Origin: a virus
Taxonomy: Duplodnaviria > Heunggongvirae > Uroviricota > Caudoviricetes
Virus record (IMG/VR): IMGVR_UViG_3300049825_000338
Location: 20,600-84,599 of that record
Length of the DNA: 64,000 nucleotides
Strand: one strand, 5' to 3'
Of this stretch, positions 52,038 through 62,729 are shown in pieces. The notes below the pieces were generated by a model. The model was not told the origin of the DNA, ran no database searches, and was given only the letters and a program-made list of their open reading frames with translations. Numbering within the stretch: position 1 is the first letter of the stretch; each line of letters begins with the position of its first letter. The position numbers were made by a program, and so were the translations under genes.

Positions 52038-53912
52038 ATGACAACCACATCCACGACGCAAACGCTCCCTTCGGCTGCCCATCTGGTCGCCGCCCTTCTC
52101 ACGGCTATGGCTGCCGACACACCCGACACGGACAAGGTGATGGACCTCGATCGGCAACTGGCTACGCTAGACGCTTCCGCAGACGCTCCGATCAGCCTAC
52201 CGCTGTTCCTTCACTGGAAAGAGTCCATGAAGGAGCTTTACTCCAAGGTACCTTCCATGGATGCGAACGGCAAGCCCACCGAGTCTCCGTCGCTGAAGCA
52301 GATTCAGACCGACATCGACAACGCCGAGCTTGTTCTTCGATCCGTAGTCTTCGACGTTTCCGCAGGTAGACGATCACTGCTCGCTCAACTCAGGGACTCT
52401 GGCACTCACGTAGAGTTTGCTGAGTCCATCATCACGGAACCGCAAACAGCGGCGCTTCTTGTCGCCGCCACGGGCGTCTCGTACCCGACCGATAAGGTCA
52501 AGCCCTTGCGCAACTACGTAAAGTCGTTCGTGCGCGAATGGCAGAAGAACGACCGCCCGATAGCTCAGGTTGGCGGCTACCGCGCTGTGTGGTCTGATCG
52601 GGGTGAGTTCCTACTGTCTCGCAAGCATCTACAGCACATGCCCTCCGAGCAGGCACGTGAAGACGCTCGTACGGCATTCAAGGAGATTCTGGAAGAGTTC
52701 ATCAAGCAGTGTGACCGAAAGGCTCCGACTGAGGATGGTGACAACACAGTCAACGCACTGAACGGACTTCTGGTACTCGGCGCAGCGTGGGCGTGCCCAT
52801 TCTTCGATCAACTCACTACGACCACTCTGCGTGGCGCTTTATGGCATATGTGGGGCAACTCGGGCAAAGGCAAGACCGTCTTTATCGACCTAATTCACTC
52901 ACTCTGGGCGGCGGATGTTCGGAGTACGTGGGACACCACGGTGGCTGGTCTCACGTCGGCGCTTGCCGAAAGTCACCTGATTCCGTACTGCATGGACGAG
53001 GGTGGGCGCATTGATGAAGACAAGCTCTCTGAGATGATCTTCTCAATCGGTGACGGCACCGAGCGTACGCGCAGCACGACATCGGGTAGGGCCAAGGAAA
53101 AGAAAAGTTGGCGAACGATGGTGTTCTCGTCGGGTGAGTCTCAGCTAGAGACAGCGTCTGGAGCAGACGGCGAGACACGCCGAATCATCAACATCCCTAT
53201 GCCGGTAGCCGATTTGCACACAAATTCGGTCATCATGGGCTACCTGGCCCGCAATCATCGGCTGTTTCCGGTTCCTACCGCCGATATGCGCACCCGCATG
53301 ATCTTGATGTACCGCAAGTTTCACACGATCCTGTCCGAGACGTACGCTAGCAGATCATCGTCTAAGGCTCGTGGCGTTACTGAGGCGCGTATTGCCATGG
53401 CGTCCATGGCCTGCGCTGGCGTCAACTTGATGTTTGAGTTTGCTGGCGTTCTGCCTCCTTCGATTGGAGCGCTTGTCGATCACGTCGGTGCTCATATCAG
53501 GGACGTGGCCGAAGAAACGGAATCTCGTCTTGAGACACGAGTGTGGGATATTTTCAGCGCTTTCTTGGACGCTCATAGTGCTCAATGGAACTTCGACGCC
53601 AGTTCCGATCCGCAAAGTCCTCACACCTGGTTCGGTGTGTTCCACGAACGGAACACGCCGTATAGATTCCGACGAAACATCAAAAATGACACACTATCTC
53701 TAGATAAGACGTCCTTTCAGTTATGGCTAGAGTCAACAGGCAACCAGAAGAATCTGTCCAACCTCGTCAAGAACTGGTCTCGCGATGGTCTCGTGACAGT
53801 CAGTCCAGGCCGCAGGTGGCACGCCGTAAAGCTCGACGGAGTGACGGTTGACTGCTTGACTGTGAATATAAGACGTTTAGGAGTCGGAACGTCTTCAGAC
53901 GGTACAGTGTGA
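52038..53912 (+). CDS. SF3 helicase / P4-type primase C-terminal domain protein
   Basis: P-loop GNSGKGKTVF within a D5/P4 primase-helicase-like context. Confidence 0.5.
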   Translation: MTTTSTTQTLPSAAHLVAALLTAMAADTPDTDKVMDLDRQLATLDASADAPISLPLFLHWKESMKELYSKVPSMDANGKPTESPSLKQIQTDIDNAELVLRSVVFDVSAGRRSLLAQLRDSGTHVEFAESIITEPQTAALLVAATGVSYPTDKVKPLRNYVKSFVREWQKNDRPIAQVGGYRAVWSDRGEFLLSRKHLQHMPSEQAREDARTAFKEILEEFIKQCDRKAPTEDGDNTVNALNGLLVLGAAWACPFFDQLTTTTLRGALWHMWGNSGKGKTVFIDLIHSLWAADVRSTWDTTVAGLTSALAESHLIPYCMDEGGRIDEDKLSEMIFSIGDGTERTRSTTSGRAKEKKSWRTMVFSSGESQLETASGADGETRRIINIPMPVADLHTNSVIMGYLARNHRLFPVPTADMRTRMILMYRKFHTILSETYASRSSSKARGVTEARIAMASMACAGVNLMFEFAGVLPPSIGALVDHVGAHIRDVAEETESRLETRVWDIFSAFLDAHSAQWNFDASSDPQSPHTWFGVFHERNTPYRFRRNIKNDTLSLDKTSFQLWLESTGNQKNLSNLVKNWSRDGLVTVSPGRRWHAVKLDGVTVDCLTVNIRRLGVGTSSDGTV

Positions 53913-53915
53913 ATT

Positions 53916-54158
53916 ATGAACTGCAAAGACTGCGCCTTCTGGAAATCGAACGACGATGAAACCGTTGGTGATTGCCGAGTTCACGCTCCAGTAGCCCATA
54001 TCCTTCCTGTCCTGGATGCGTTTGGTAACCCAGGTCTACGGACGGAGTCGATGTTTCCGCAGACTCGACCAGACATCTGGTGTGGAGAATACAAGAACCG
54101 AACCGACTACGCTGTTCAGGGATTAATTGAAAACTTATCAAAGGAATCAGTAAAGTGA
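53916..54158 (+). CDS. hypothetical Cys-containing protein
   Basis: ORF only. Confidence 0.4.
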   Translation: MNCKDCAFWKSNDDETVGDCRVHAPVAHILPVLDAFGNPGLRTESMFPQTRPDIWCGEYKNRTDYAVQGLIENLSKESVK

Positions 54159-54568
54159 ACGCAGAGCTACTTCTTAAAGTTGCCGATTTGATCGAACAGA
54201 CAGACCGCTTTGATCTCAACCATTTCTTCTGTAAGAAGACCGGAGAAGATGAGAACGGCGGTCTCTTGACGGATTGTGGTACTACTGGCTGTGTAGCTGG
54301 ATGGGTTAACGCCACTATAGGAGTGCCGTTTAATGACGACCTTGACTACGGCAACACCGAACGAGCCGCCGAAGCGCTTGGTATTGATGAAGACTTAGCA
54401 GATGACAGACTCTTTTACGCTTGCCGAGGGAGTATCTGGGCCGAAGTAATGGATGAATTTGGCTGGGAAGACGACGGAAACGGCCGAGTTGATGACTGGT
54501 CAGGAATTACATCATCACAAGCTGCCGAAGTGCTGCGTAGACTTGCAGACGGAAGACTGACGCTGTGA
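54155..54568 (+). CDS. hypothetical acidic protein
   Basis: coupled ORF. Confidence 0.4.
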   Translation: MNAELLLKVADLIEQTDRFDLNHFFCKKTGEDENGGLLTDCGTTGCVAGWVNATIGVPFNDDLDYGNTERAAEALGIDEDLADDRLFYACRGSIWAEVMDEFGWEDDGNGRVDDWSGITSSQAAEVLRRLADGRLTL

Positions 54569-54954
54569 GAGACCTACCACCAAACGCCATTATGCCAAAA
54601 GGTAAGGACCGTCCAATCTGGCTCCGCAAGTTGCGCGACAAGCGTTCTCGGATGATCAGAGGCGAGTGGCTGCTGGCTGGTACTTACGGAGGATCGACTG
54701 CTTACCAGATGGCGCTGAGAAACAACAGCTTTAGGCGGTTTCCAGAATGTGAGCTTGCCTACAAGCAGCTCTCAGGAGATGAGCAAGAGCTTTGGGTTCG
54801 CTATCGGCCGCTAGCTACTGACTTGGCTGCCCTTCTTCAAGCTCACGTTGATGGTCTTGAAGAGATTGTTGACCGTATAAAGGCAATTGTAGAGCCGCTA
54901 GCTGATGATGAAGATCAGCCGGAAACTATCAAGGCAATTATAGCAGCTCTATAG
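54565..54954 (+). CDS. hypothetical protein
   Basis: coupled ORF. Confidence 0.4.
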   Translation: MRDLPPNAIMPKGKDRPIWLRKLRDKRSRMIRGEWLLAGTYGGSTAYQMALRNNSFRRFPECELAYKQLSGDEQELWVRYRPLATDLAALLQAHVDGLEEIVDRIKAIVEPLADDEDQPETIKAIIAAL

Positions 54955-54966
54955 GTAGAGTCAACT

Positions 54967-55206
54967 ATGTTCACATTCGCCATACAATCAGTTAGTGGCC
55001 ACATTTCTTACTTTGACTCATCTCGGGTAGTTTCTTTTGTAGAAATAAAGGACGAACCCGACAAGGTGATAGTAGTTATGGATAACGGAACATCGGAACC
55101 GGTGTTTGTGGGCATTGAAGCTTCTCCAGCAGTCTTTTACAGAACTCTTCAAATGAGGTCTAGATTTCTCAACGATGTGCCTATTCTCAAGGAAGTGACA
55201 CTATGA
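54967..55206 (+). CDS. hypothetical protein
   Basis: ORF only. Confidence 0.4.
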   Translation: MFTFAIQSVSGHISYFDSSRVVSFVEIKDEPDKVIVVMDNGTSEPVFVGIEASPAVFYRTLQMRSRFLNDVPILKEVTL

Positions 55207-55916
55207 CACTTTTTCCAGTGTTAGACCTTTCTTCGGATAACTTCGTTCAAGAACCACTTCTGGACAATGCCATCAAGCAGGCCAGACTGCACCGCACTTT
55301 GGCCGAGTCTCGGTCGGCGTCGGCGGCATCCGATCAGATCAGAATTCTCGCTGACGAAGCGCTGCGAACTGAAAGACACATTGTTGCCGGTGATTCACAC
55401 AACAATACTCTCTGGATGTACGGCGACGTCAACATGGACAAGACGCGTATGATCATTGCCGATCTGAACGCACGACACCGTATTGATCCTACAGCCGATC
55501 TCACGCTTTATGTGTGCTCTGAAGGAGGCGACATTATTGCTGGCCTGGCACTGTACGACCAGCTGAAGGCGCTTCAGGCAGCGGGTCACCACCTGACCAC
55601 GATTGCTACCGGAATGTGCGCCAGCATGGGCGTACCGATCTGGTGTGCTGGTGATGTTCGGCTGATGGGCGACAACTGCACGTTTCTACTTCATCAACCA
55701 AGTCTCGGTTCCGAGGGAACCTTAGGTGAATTGTATGATACAGTGGAATTAGCTGAACAGCTTTACAGTCAAATTCTAGACATCCTTGCCAGCACTTCGG
55801 AGAAGTCGGCTCGATCTCTTAGAGCCTTGATTAAGCGTAAAGACCTCTGGCTCAGTGCTAAAGACATGGCCGAATATGGATTCGGTCAGCTATTATCGGA
55901 AGGATTACCCCTATGA
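55203..55916 (+). CDS. clpP: ClpP-family (S14) serine protease
   Basis: SEGGDIIAG, GMCASMG (Ser), LLHQPS (His) in ClpP order. Confidence 0.8.
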   Translation: MTLFPVLDLSSDNFVQEPLLDNAIKQARLHRTLAESRSASAASDQIRILADEALRTERHIVAGDSHNNTLWMYGDVNMDKTRMIIADLNARHRIDPTADLTLYVCSEGGDIIAGLALYDQLKALQAAGHHLTTIATGMCASMGVPIWCAGDVRLMGDNCTFLLHQPSLGSEGTLGELYDTVELAEQLYSQILDILASTSEKSARSLRALIKRKDLWLSAKDMAEYGFGQLLSEGLPL

Positions 55917-56545
55917 CAAAGACACACCACGTATTTATCATTGACACAAGCGGCTCGATGATCACCCACATTTCGGCAGCTCAAGAGTTTCTCGACTCTA
56001 GAATGATTGAGTTGCCAGAGGGAGATTCGATCACTATCGGCACGTTTTCGGACGACTACACATCACGGATTGAGTACACTCGCAAAGCTAACGTCAATGA
56101 GTTGGCCACGGCTCCGCTTCGTGCGGGCGGTATGACGGCTCTTCGTGACGCTGTAGGCATCGGCATTGACCGAGTTGGCCGAGTGCTTAGGCAGCTTGAC
56201 GATCGTCACCGGCCAGCTAAAGTTCTTTTTACAGTCTTCACTGACGGAGGAGAAAACTGTTCGCGTCGGTACAGCAGCCACCAATTGCGAGAAATGATTC
56301 ATCACCAAAAGGATAAGTACAGTTGGGACTTCATGTTTATCGGCCCTCGCGGCGACGCCGCCCCACTTGACTGGCTTGACCAGGAGGATGCGGCGTTCTA
56401 TGTTCCGTCGTGGTCAGCTACGACGGTACTTCGGTCGCTAAACACGACATATTCTAATGTGTACACAGGCGCTGATTTTTCGGCTAGTCGAAGCACGTTG
56501 TCAAACACTTTAGCGCAGGATCAGCCACAAGAGGTTGCGTTGTGA
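55913..56545 (+). CDS. von Willebrand factor A domain protein
   Basis: FIIDTSGSM MIDAS, GGMTALRDAVG, FTDGGEN. Confidence 0.65.
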   Translation: MTKTHHVFIIDTSGSMITHISAAQEFLDSRMIELPEGDSITIGTFSDDYTSRIEYTRKANVNELATAPLRAGGMTALRDAVGIGIDRVGRVLRQLDDRHRPAKVLFTVFTDGGENCSRRYSSHQLREMIHHQKDKYSWDFMFIGPRGDAAPLDWLDQEDAAFYVPSWSATTVLRSLNTTYSNVYTGADFSASRSTLSNTLAQDQPQEVAL

Positions 56546-56856
56546 AGTTTGTTCGAGTGCCTGCATTCGTAACGTTACCTGACGGTACTCATCTAGGAAG
56601 TTCGGGATCAACACCAGCTAAGGTCTTTTTGCATAGTGACGACACGCTTGAGGTGTACACGCAAGATGCTCAGTCTGCACCGATTGTCTTGTCGTTCTCG
56701 GCTAAGCTGTCCGAGGAGTACACAGGCGGGTTTAACGCAGCGGTAGCTATGTTCAAAACTGTTGACGGCATCGTTGACGTGAGAGTCGGGCCAGGATGTT
56801 CGTGCGGGTTTGCTATCAAGGCGTTTGCACCCGCTCCTCACGTTGAAGAGGAATAG
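56542..56856 (+). CDS. hypothetical protein
   Basis: ORF only. Confidence 0.4.
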   Translation: MKFVRVPAFVTLPDGTHLGSSGSTPAKVFLHSDDTLEVYTQDAQSAPIVLSFSAKLSEEYTGGFNAAVAMFKTVDGIVDVRVGPGCSCGFAIKAFAPAPHVEEE

Positions 56857-57034
56857 TGAACAGTTACGGAGAATACCAGGAAGCACAGATTGATGCCATG
56901 AATCGGTTGTTTGATGATCCTTCAAAACTTGTTCATCAGTTCACCATTTTAGCTACTCGTTGGACGACGCGCAAGTCTCGGCTTCGTCGTGCTCTGGATG
57001 AGATGTCTATCATGGCGGGATTTCCGTAAAAAAC

Positions 57035-57355
57035 GTGAAACAGACGTTCATCTTCCCGGACATGAAGGGTATGCCGAAGTGGCCTGAGATGTGTAAGCGG
57101 TCAAGCAAGCGGTCTAATGGGCTGCCGTGCGAGAAGCCCGCTATTCCGGGTGGCTACGTGTGTCGTTGGCACGGCGGTAACGTCGGCCGAATTCGCGAGG
57201 CTGCATGGTATCGGTATGTTACGTGGGTGGTAACTGGCTGTCCTGAGCACCGTTTTTACGATGTTGCCATGAAGGGTTTGACGCGTCACCTGCTCATGAA
57301 CACGAAGTTAACTGATGAGCAGATGCTTAAGCTCGCAGATTTAGTTCTCGGCTAG
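57035..57355 (+). CDS. hypothetical Cys/His-containing protein
   Basis: C...C....C.WHGG. Confidence 0.4.
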   Translation: MKQTFIFPDMKGMPKWPEMCKRSSKRSNGLPCEKPAIPGGYVCRWHGGNVGRIREAAWYRYVTWVVTGCPEHRFYDVAMKGLTRHLLMNTKLTDEQMLKLADLVLG

Positions 57356-57689
57356 TCACGAACACCGTAAGATGAAGGTCATGAAGGAAGTGTTATTGCT
57401 CATCGGGGCTGTGGCTGCTGGAGTGGTTATAGGAGTTTGGGGGTTCTGTATATGGATGATGACCAAGTTCAGGAACTGAGGCCGAGAGAACTAGATGATG
57501 AACAATTGATCGTTCGTCTTCTTTCGACCAGCGATCACGCTTCTTCACTGCTGACAAGTCTCGGCTTTGTTAGCGCCGCCATCAATTTGGAGGCTGCTGT
57601 TGCAGAGATAGTGATTCGTTACGATGATTTTATGAGCAAAAGAGGATGGCGTTGATGGACGTCTCAACCTATAAATCAGGGAACGAAAA

Positions 57690-58037
57690 ATGTTAGCGAC
57701 TAATCCGTGGAAACCGTTGAGGTGGGTGCAGGTAGGTGACCCCATTCCGGAAATTTACACCGATGACAGCACCAAGATTTGGCGTATTCTCACGCCAGTT
57801 CGCGGTCTTGAGAATGAGAAGGCCATACGAATGAACGCCCCTGGTAACCCGGACGAGTTCAATCCTTGCCTGATATCCAGCCCACCTATGGAACACGCCG
57901 ACGATCACGGAGGATATTCGTATTCGATCATTGCTAGCCAGACAGGCTGGCTCTGCTTTCAAGAAGTAACCGTACCCGATAAGGCCACCTTTGTCGGTGA
58001 CCTTCCTCTAAGACCAGGATTTTGGCCTAATTTATGA
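57690..58037 (+). CDS. hypothetical protein
   Basis: ORF only. Confidence 0.35.
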   Translation: MLATNPWKPLRWVQVGDPIPEIYTDDSTKIWRILTPVRGLENEKAIRMNAPGNPDEFNPCLISSPPMEHADDHGGYSYSIIASQTGWLCFQEVTVPDKATFVGDLPLRPGFWPNL

Positions 58038-58477
58038 GTACCGATTGGACAGTTCATCAGCGTATGGTGATGAAGTTCGCAAACTCTGCAAAACGCAAGT
58101 ATCACACACGACTAGGGTCTCAATCAGTTGAGGATATTTCTCAGTCGCTGTGGGCCATTGCGCTACCGAAGCTTGATAAGTATGACCCTACGTTGGCGGC
58201 TGAGTCGACGTTCATGTGGCGTGTCTTGTCAGGGGCCGTATCAAATCTGATACAGCGAAAGGAGTTCAACCTTGATCACTTGACAAGCCAGTTTGACCTT
58301 TCATCGGACCCTGTATTTGAGGACACGTACAGTACGTCTTACGGTGACGTTACAAGCGACCGAGTTGCAAAGATGATTATGGACGGCCACTCGGTAACGG
58401 CAACGCGCAAGTCTCTCAACTTGACTGTGAAGCAGATGGATGCAGCGTTCACGCAGATTAGAAAGAGCTACGAATGA
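58034..58477 (+). CDS. sigma-70 region-2-like domain protein
   Basis: VEDISQSLWAIALPKLDKYDP...FMWRVLSGAVSNLIQRK. Confidence 0.4.
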   Translation: MSTDWTVHQRMVMKFANSAKRKYHTRLGSQSVEDISQSLWAIALPKLDKYDPTLAAESTFMWRVLSGAVSNLIQRKEFNLDHLTSQFDLSSDPVFEDTYSTSYGDVTSDRVAKMIMDGHSVTATRKSLNLTVKQMDAAFTQIRKSYE

Positions 58478-58962
58478 TTCCGGTGCAGGCAAAGAACGGA
58501 GCGATCTTTAACTGGGAGGATGTTTCGGCATACCTGGTTGAAGACGACGTTGCGGTTGTCTATTTGAAGTCGGGAATGCGATTTGAGCTGACCGAAAAAG
58601 TTTCGGACGCTCAGGAAAAACTTACTCGGCTAGCTGACACCATCCAGTCACATATCGCTGGCGGTGTGCAAATAGTCTTTGGTGATCCGCCTGAAGCTCA
58701 ACACTCGATTCGTCCTGCTCGATGGACTGTTTCAGAGATGACAACACTCTTACGGGACGACGCTACAATTTATGCTTACGTAAGGGCATGGGATTCTCCT
58801 GATGACTTAGTGATCAATCTTTACGTTGAAGATTCGGTCTCGGAAGACGAGCGAGATTTGGTAAGGTCTATTGCAGAAGAGTTAACCGGTGGTCAAGTTA
58901 GAGTTCTGACATACGTACCGAGTCTGACTCGGCTGAGTTACTACGATTGGGAGTCATCATGA
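58474..58962 (+). CDS. hypothetical protein
   Basis: ORF only. Confidence 0.4.
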   Translation: MIPVQAKNGAIFNWEDVSAYLVEDDVAVVYLKSGMRFELTEKVSDAQEKLTRLADTIQSHIAGGVQIVFGDPPEAQHSIRPARWTVSEMTTLLRDDATIYAYVRAWDSPDDLVINLYVEDSVSEDERDLVRSIAEELTGGQVRVLTYVPSLTRLSYYDWESS

Positions 58963-59273
58963 ATCCGCCACACAAGCACGGAACACTGAAGCGAGCAAAA
59001 ACTTGCGGCTGCATGGCGTGTTCCTATTGCAAAGACGGTAGGGTGTTCGAAGGGCCAATGTCTTGGCCGCTCAAGCCGCTGTTGTGGGCGATGGGTAAAG
59101 GAAGTCTAAAAGAACTAAAGGAGCTTTGTGGCGAAGAAACCGTCAAGCGCTGGGAGCAAGAAGGCCTCACGGAAATCGACTCGGACGAAGTTGCGATCCG
59201 TATCGCTCGTAAACACCCCTTTGAAGTCTGGCGTGGATGGATACAAGCCGGTCTCGACCCTTTGGAATCCTGA
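58947..59273 (+). CDS. hypothetical Cys-containing protein (overlaps alternative ORF 59128-59481)
   Basis: ORF only. Confidence 0.35.
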   Translation: MGVIMNPPHKHGTLKRAKTCGCMACSYCKDGRVFEGPMSWPLKPLLWAMGKGSLKELKELCGEETVKRWEQEGLTEIDSDEVAIRIARKHPFEVWRGWIQAGLDPLES

Positions 59274-59751
59274 GCACGAGCACGTAGGTAAGTGGGTTCG
59301 GACGCCGAAAGCTAAGGGTAAGCAGTTCATCGTCATGGCCGTTCACAAAGAACGTGATGAAGTTTCGGTTTATGGCGGTGACAAGAACCAGAATGGACAT
59401 CAGTCTTTCAGAACGTTCTTCTTAAGCGACCTGGTGTTTCTACCGACGAAGAAGGTAGCGAGAAAGCTGGAGGACGCATGAGGAAAAATACAAATCCACC
59501 ATTTTTTGTGGTGCACACTTCTGATGGAGTACGGCACGAATTTATTACCCCTGTAGAATGGCAGGTACGTTCGGACGGTGTATTACGCGTAACACCGCGT
59601 GACGACAATAGCTATTTCTTCGTTGTGCGTAACGTGGTGTGGTGGGGATGATGAGTAGAAGCAGATCGAGTTGGCTGACTGAGTTTGTTGTGATGGTCAT
59701 CATTCAGCTATTGCTGATACTCGGCATAGCCTGGCTCATAGCTAATCATCT

Positions 59752-60030
59752 GTGGATAGGTGTTCCAGTTGCTGCCCTAACTGTCTGGGCGATTTTCAAG
59801 TACGAACAGATGCCGTAATGGAGGCATTAGTTGTGGCACTCACTGCGCTTCAAGTTGACGCCATCATGTCAGTTCACCGATTCGGTGAAGAGACGTTTGA
59901 TAACGAGGCCCTTGCCGACCTCTTTGGGGTTTACAGTGTCACTGACGTTATACTGGTTGATGATAGACGGGTTCAGGTTGTGTATGTCCCTGGCTTCAAG
60001 CCGTTTTCCCGTATTGCTCTAGTAGATTGA
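59752..60030 (+). CDS. hypothetical protein
   Basis: ORF only. Confidence 0.35.
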   Translation: MDRCSSCCPNCLGDFQVRTDAVMEALVVALTALQVDAIMSVHRFGEETFDNEALADLFGVYSVTDVILVDDRRVQVVYVPGFKPFSRIALVD

Positions 60031-60037
60031 AAAAAAC

Positions 60038-61804
60038 ATGTCAATTCTTGAGGCCGATCTTCACTTTCTGGATTCGGTAGATAAGGTTGCCGACTTCTTG
60101 ACGTGGCTTCACTCGGATCACGCCATGCTCGCTGTTGACACGGAAACAAACGCCAAGCACTGGGCGCGTGGTGGTAAAGTTCGACTTTTCCAGATTGCCG
60201 ACCATAAGCAGGGGTGGGCTATTCCGTTTGATGGACATAGAGCGTTGTGCAAGCACGCTCTCGATTGGTGGACTGGTCCGTTTATCTTCCACAACGCTAA
60301 GTTCGATGTCATCTTCTTGATGCACGAGCTAGGTTGGAAGCCTCAGTGGGCAAACATCCACGACTCGTTTCTGGCCTCTAAAGTGATCAACGAGTTCGGT
60401 CACCATGGTCTGAAGCCTCTCGGCACGTGGAAGGTTCATCCGGCTGCGGCTGCTGGTCAAGGAGCACTAGAGGCAGCGTTTGACAAATATGGATGGGACT
60501 GGGCTACCGTCCCACTTGACCTTCCTGCATATTCTATCTACGGAGCATTCGACACGGTACTTACTGTGTACCTGTTCGAAGAGCTGATGAAACAACTGAA
60601 CGCCGATGAGGGGTTCATGCGTGCCTATCTGATCGAGCAGGGCAGCATCGAAAGCGTCTGTAAAGTTGAGATGCACGGCATCACGGTAGACCCCGACTAC
60701 ATAGCGGCGAAGACCGGCGACTTACGGGTAGAAGCCGATGAGATCGCTAAGCAGGTACGCGAGCAGTACGGTGATGAGTGGTCTATTTCGTCCAACAACT
60801 CGATGTCGGCTCTGTTAGTTCGTGAAGGTGTGCCGCTGTACGAGCGTACGCCTACAGACAAGTTCAAGATGAACAAAGACGTTGTTGCCGAGTTCGAAAA
60901 CTTCCATCCGCTTGTCGGGATGATGTCCACGTTCCGGAAGAATAACAAGATCATCTCCACGTACTACGACGCACTGATGGAGCTACGAAATGCCGACAAT
61001 CAGGTGTTTGCTGAGTTTCGGCAGTGTGAGGCCGACACTCTGCGCATGTCTGTCGCCAATCCTCCCTTCCAGCAGATTCCGAGTCGGTCTGAGAAAGGTA
61101 AGATGGTTCGGCGTTCGATCGTAGCGCCACCAGGCCAGAAGCTGATTGCGGTTGACTTGGCACAGATCGAGTTCCGTATCTTTGCGCACCTTGCTAATGA
61201 CCCTGGCTTGATTCAGACGATCAGAGACGGCCTAGACATTCACTCGTTTGTGGCTGCTAAGGCGTTTCGCACCGAGGCACCGACAAGCAAGCAGCGTGCG
61301 GAAGCGAAGAGCGTAGTTTTCGGATCGCTCTATGGTGCAGGCGCACGTAAGATCGCTCACACGCTTGGCTACACTGAGGAAGACGGCCAGGTCGTGTACG
61401 ATTCTGTGCACAACGCCTTTCCTACAATGAAACGATTCTCTAAGGGTGTCGAGCAGGAAGCGAAGCGCCACAAGCGTAACGGCTTAGTCAGCGCTATCTC
61501 GATGTACGGTAATCGCCTGACGATCGGTGAAGACGACGCTTACAAGTTGACGAACTACATGATTCAGTCTCCAGCAGCTCTACTGTTCAAGGAATGCCTG
61601 CTGCGCGCCAGTGCCTGTGGTCTGTCTGACTTTTTTACTAACTTCGTGCATGATGAGTTGGTTGTGTCTGTTCCGGATGACCACGAAACCATCCGAGAGG
61701 TATCAGCTATTCTGCATGATTGCTTCTCTGATAGCGAACTTATGCGAGTGCCGGTAACATGTGAGGTGTCCGCACCTTCTGATGACTGGAGTCAATGTAA
61801 GTGA
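60038..61804 (+). CDS. polA: DNA polymerase I (family A) with 3'-5' exonuclease domain
   Basis: Exo I LAVDTETN; motif A VDLAQIEFRIFAHL; motif B RAEAKSVVFGSLYGAG; motif C FVHDELVV. Confidence 0.85.
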   Translation: MSILEADLHFLDSVDKVADFLTWLHSDHAMLAVDTETNAKHWARGGKVRLFQIADHKQGWAIPFDGHRALCKHALDWWTGPFIFHNAKFDVIFLMHELGWKPQWANIHDSFLASKVINEFGHHGLKPLGTWKVHPAAAAGQGALEAAFDKYGWDWATVPLDLPAYSIYGAFDTVLTVYLFEELMKQLNADEGFMRAYLIEQGSIESVCKVEMHGITVDPDYIAAKTGDLRVEADEIAKQVREQYGDEWSISSNNSMSALLVREGVPLYERTPTDKFKMNKDVVAEFENFHPLVGMMSTFRKNNKIISTYYDALMELRNADNQVFAEFRQCEADTLRMSVANPPFQQIPSRSEKGKMVRRSIVAPPGQKLIAVDLAQIEFRIFAHLANDPGLIQTIRDGLDIHSFVAAKAFRTEAPTSKQRAEAKSVVFGSLYGAGARKIAHTLGYTEEDGQVVYDSVHNAFPTMKRFSKGVEQEAKRHKRNGLVSAISMYGNRLTIGEDDAYKLTNYMIQSPAALLFKECLLRASACGLSDFFTNFVHDELVVSVPDDHETIREVSAILHDCFSDSELMRVPVTCEVSAPSDDWSQCK

Positions 61805-62262
61805 CCTATCCCTTCCCTACCGACCCGAAGCAGATGTGGACGGCAACGGATATAGCTGCGCTTGTCTGCACACGAATTTCTTCGGGCGACTGGCGCGCTA
61901 TAACAGCGGTCGCTGTTGTGCTAGCCGAGAGCCGAGGCAACCCGCTTGCGCTGGGCAAGTTCATTATAAGGCCCGGTCATCCGTCTCACCTTTCGCTGGA
62001 CGTCGGCATGTTTCAGCTGAACACGTACTATCAGATGTCTGTGGACCCATACCCATCCGTTCCGAGAATCACGTGGGCCGACGCAGTTGATCCTTTTAAA
62101 GCGTGGGAGCATGTGTGGAAGTTAATCAACGTCTGGCGTACCGGCTGGAGCTATAACTGGACAGGATGGACTGCGTTCAAGACCGACTATTATCGGCAGT
62201 TCATTACCGAGGCTTACTTAGGTATGGCCGCATACAGGAAGATTGAGACAGGAGCACCGTGA
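61801..62262 (+). CDS. possible lytic transglycosylase-like (SLT) domain protein
   Basis: LAESRGNP ... DVGMFQLNTYY resembles the ES...GLMQ...Y SLT motifs. Confidence 0.35.
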   Translation: MTYPFPTDPKQMWTATDIAALVCTRISSGDWRAITAVAVVLAESRGNPLALGKFIIRPGHPSHLSLDVGMFQLNTYYQMSVDPYPSVPRITWADAVDPFKAWEHVWKLINVWRTGWSYNWTGWTAFKTDYYRQFITEAYLGMAAYRKIETGAP

Positions 62263-62588
62263 ACGAAGAGGTAAAGCAGCAGTGGATAACTGCCTTAAGG
62301 TCTGGAAATTACCCCAAAGGACGAGGGAAGCTTAGAGGCGTTGACGGCACATTTTGTTGCATGGGCGTTCTGTGCGATCTGTACGACTCAACTAGGTGGC
62401 TAGTGATCGACGGATACAACGTCATGCACTACGAACGGCCTAATAATCACCCTTCTACACACATCGCACCTCCCGAAATTGAAAGGTGGGCCGGTTTGCA
62501 CACAATTAATCAAAGCGTTCTAGGCGTTCTCAATGATGCCAGTGACGACTTTGATTCCGTAATTGTCTGGATAGAAAGCAACCTATGA
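62259..62588 (+). CDS. hypothetical protein
   Basis: ORF only. Confidence 0.4.
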   Translation: MNEEVKQQWITALRSGNYPKGRGKLRGVDGTFCCMGVLCDLYDSTRWLVIDGYNVMHYERPNNHPSTHIAPPEIERWAGLHTINQSVLGVLNDASDDFDSVIVWIESNL

Positions 62589-62729
62589 CCTACGTAATGA
62601 ACAAGACGTATAACGGCAACGTGCAAGATATTTTGCTGCTGATTCAAGACGTTGATGCACGAAAGGCGTCAACGTTTGAGATCGTATGCAAAGATGGCAC
62701 AACCGTTTCAGTGACGTGGGATCGAACGA

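Noticed and set aside
51953-52369. 138-aa plus ORF starting upstream of the primase-helicase gene
   Set aside because: It is out of frame with, and overlapping, the P-loop-containing 624-aa ORF, and would start inside the iteron/hairpin control region.
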